DNA of 64,000 nucleotides from Rhizodiscina lignyota (Eukaryota): NCBI GenBank assembly GCA_010015805.1, contig ML978128.1, positions 1,426,001 to 1,490,000 of the forward strand, read 5' to 3'. Shown piece by piece: positions 63,799 to 64,000 of this stretch (position 1 is its first letter; each line of letters starts with the position of its first letter). The notes under the pieces were generated by a model. It saw only the letters and a program-made list of their open reading frames with translations, ran no database searches and was not told where the DNA came from. The position numbers and the translations under genes were made by a program.

Positions 63799-64000
63799 TT
63801 ATATGTGGATTTGCGGCTTCGCTACAGGCCTACCGTCCCTGTACCCATCCAAAGCTTCATTCACTTTGTCGGCATCCAGCCCCTCGATGACGGAGAATGG
63901 GGTTGGTGTGATAACTTGTCCCTCGATCCACCCTGGCACCATTTCCCAATATGGTTTGCTCAGACCCGGTATGCTTGGGTCTGCCAAAATAGGTCTCCGC
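63799..64000 (-). CDS. 3' end of a gene truncated by the window edge; possibly a zinc-type dehydrogenase/enoyl-reductase family member
   Basis: Open frame ..YWEMVPGWIEGQVITPTPFSVIEGLDADKVNEALDGYRDGRPVAKPQIHI* resembles MDR-family C-termini; the family call is from pattern only. Confidence 0.5.
   Translation of the reverse strand, partial: RRPILADPSIPGLSKPYWEMVPGWIEGQVITPTPFSVIEGLDADKVNEALDGYRDGRPVAKPQIHI

Overview
A gene-dense, intron-containing window from a filamentous ascomycete (Pezizomycotina, probably a Dothideomycete; inferred from GT..CTRAC..YAG introns and gene content). About 23 protein genes can be read. Conserved housekeeping genes: LYS4, SER1, MAK10, ATP15, TAD3, ERD2, GPI13, an Apc15-like gene, BET1, YME2, a caprin-like RGG protein, FAR11 and CBF1. 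Accessory genes: two MFS transporters, an S10 carboxypeptidase, an FAD monooxygenase, GH43, GH5, a GPI-anchored protein and a degenerate Ras-like protein. Three things are missing from the ORF track. (1) A tRNA-His(GUG) gene at 47129-47332 that only forms a cloverleaf after removing two spliceosomal-type introns (GT..CTAAC..TAG) plus a canonical anticodon-loop tRNA intron; an inverted copy of its middle exon lies about 600 bp downstream. (2) A ~1.2 kb structured non-coding region (about 11110-12290) with a TTAGGG-type template, template-boundary helix, candidate pseudoknot and enclosing helices, i.e. a candidate telomerase RNA. (3) A 3-exon, 65-aa, 10-Cys secreted peptide gene at 31250-31583. 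All gene models, alignments and pairings were done by eye; no searches or folding programs were run.
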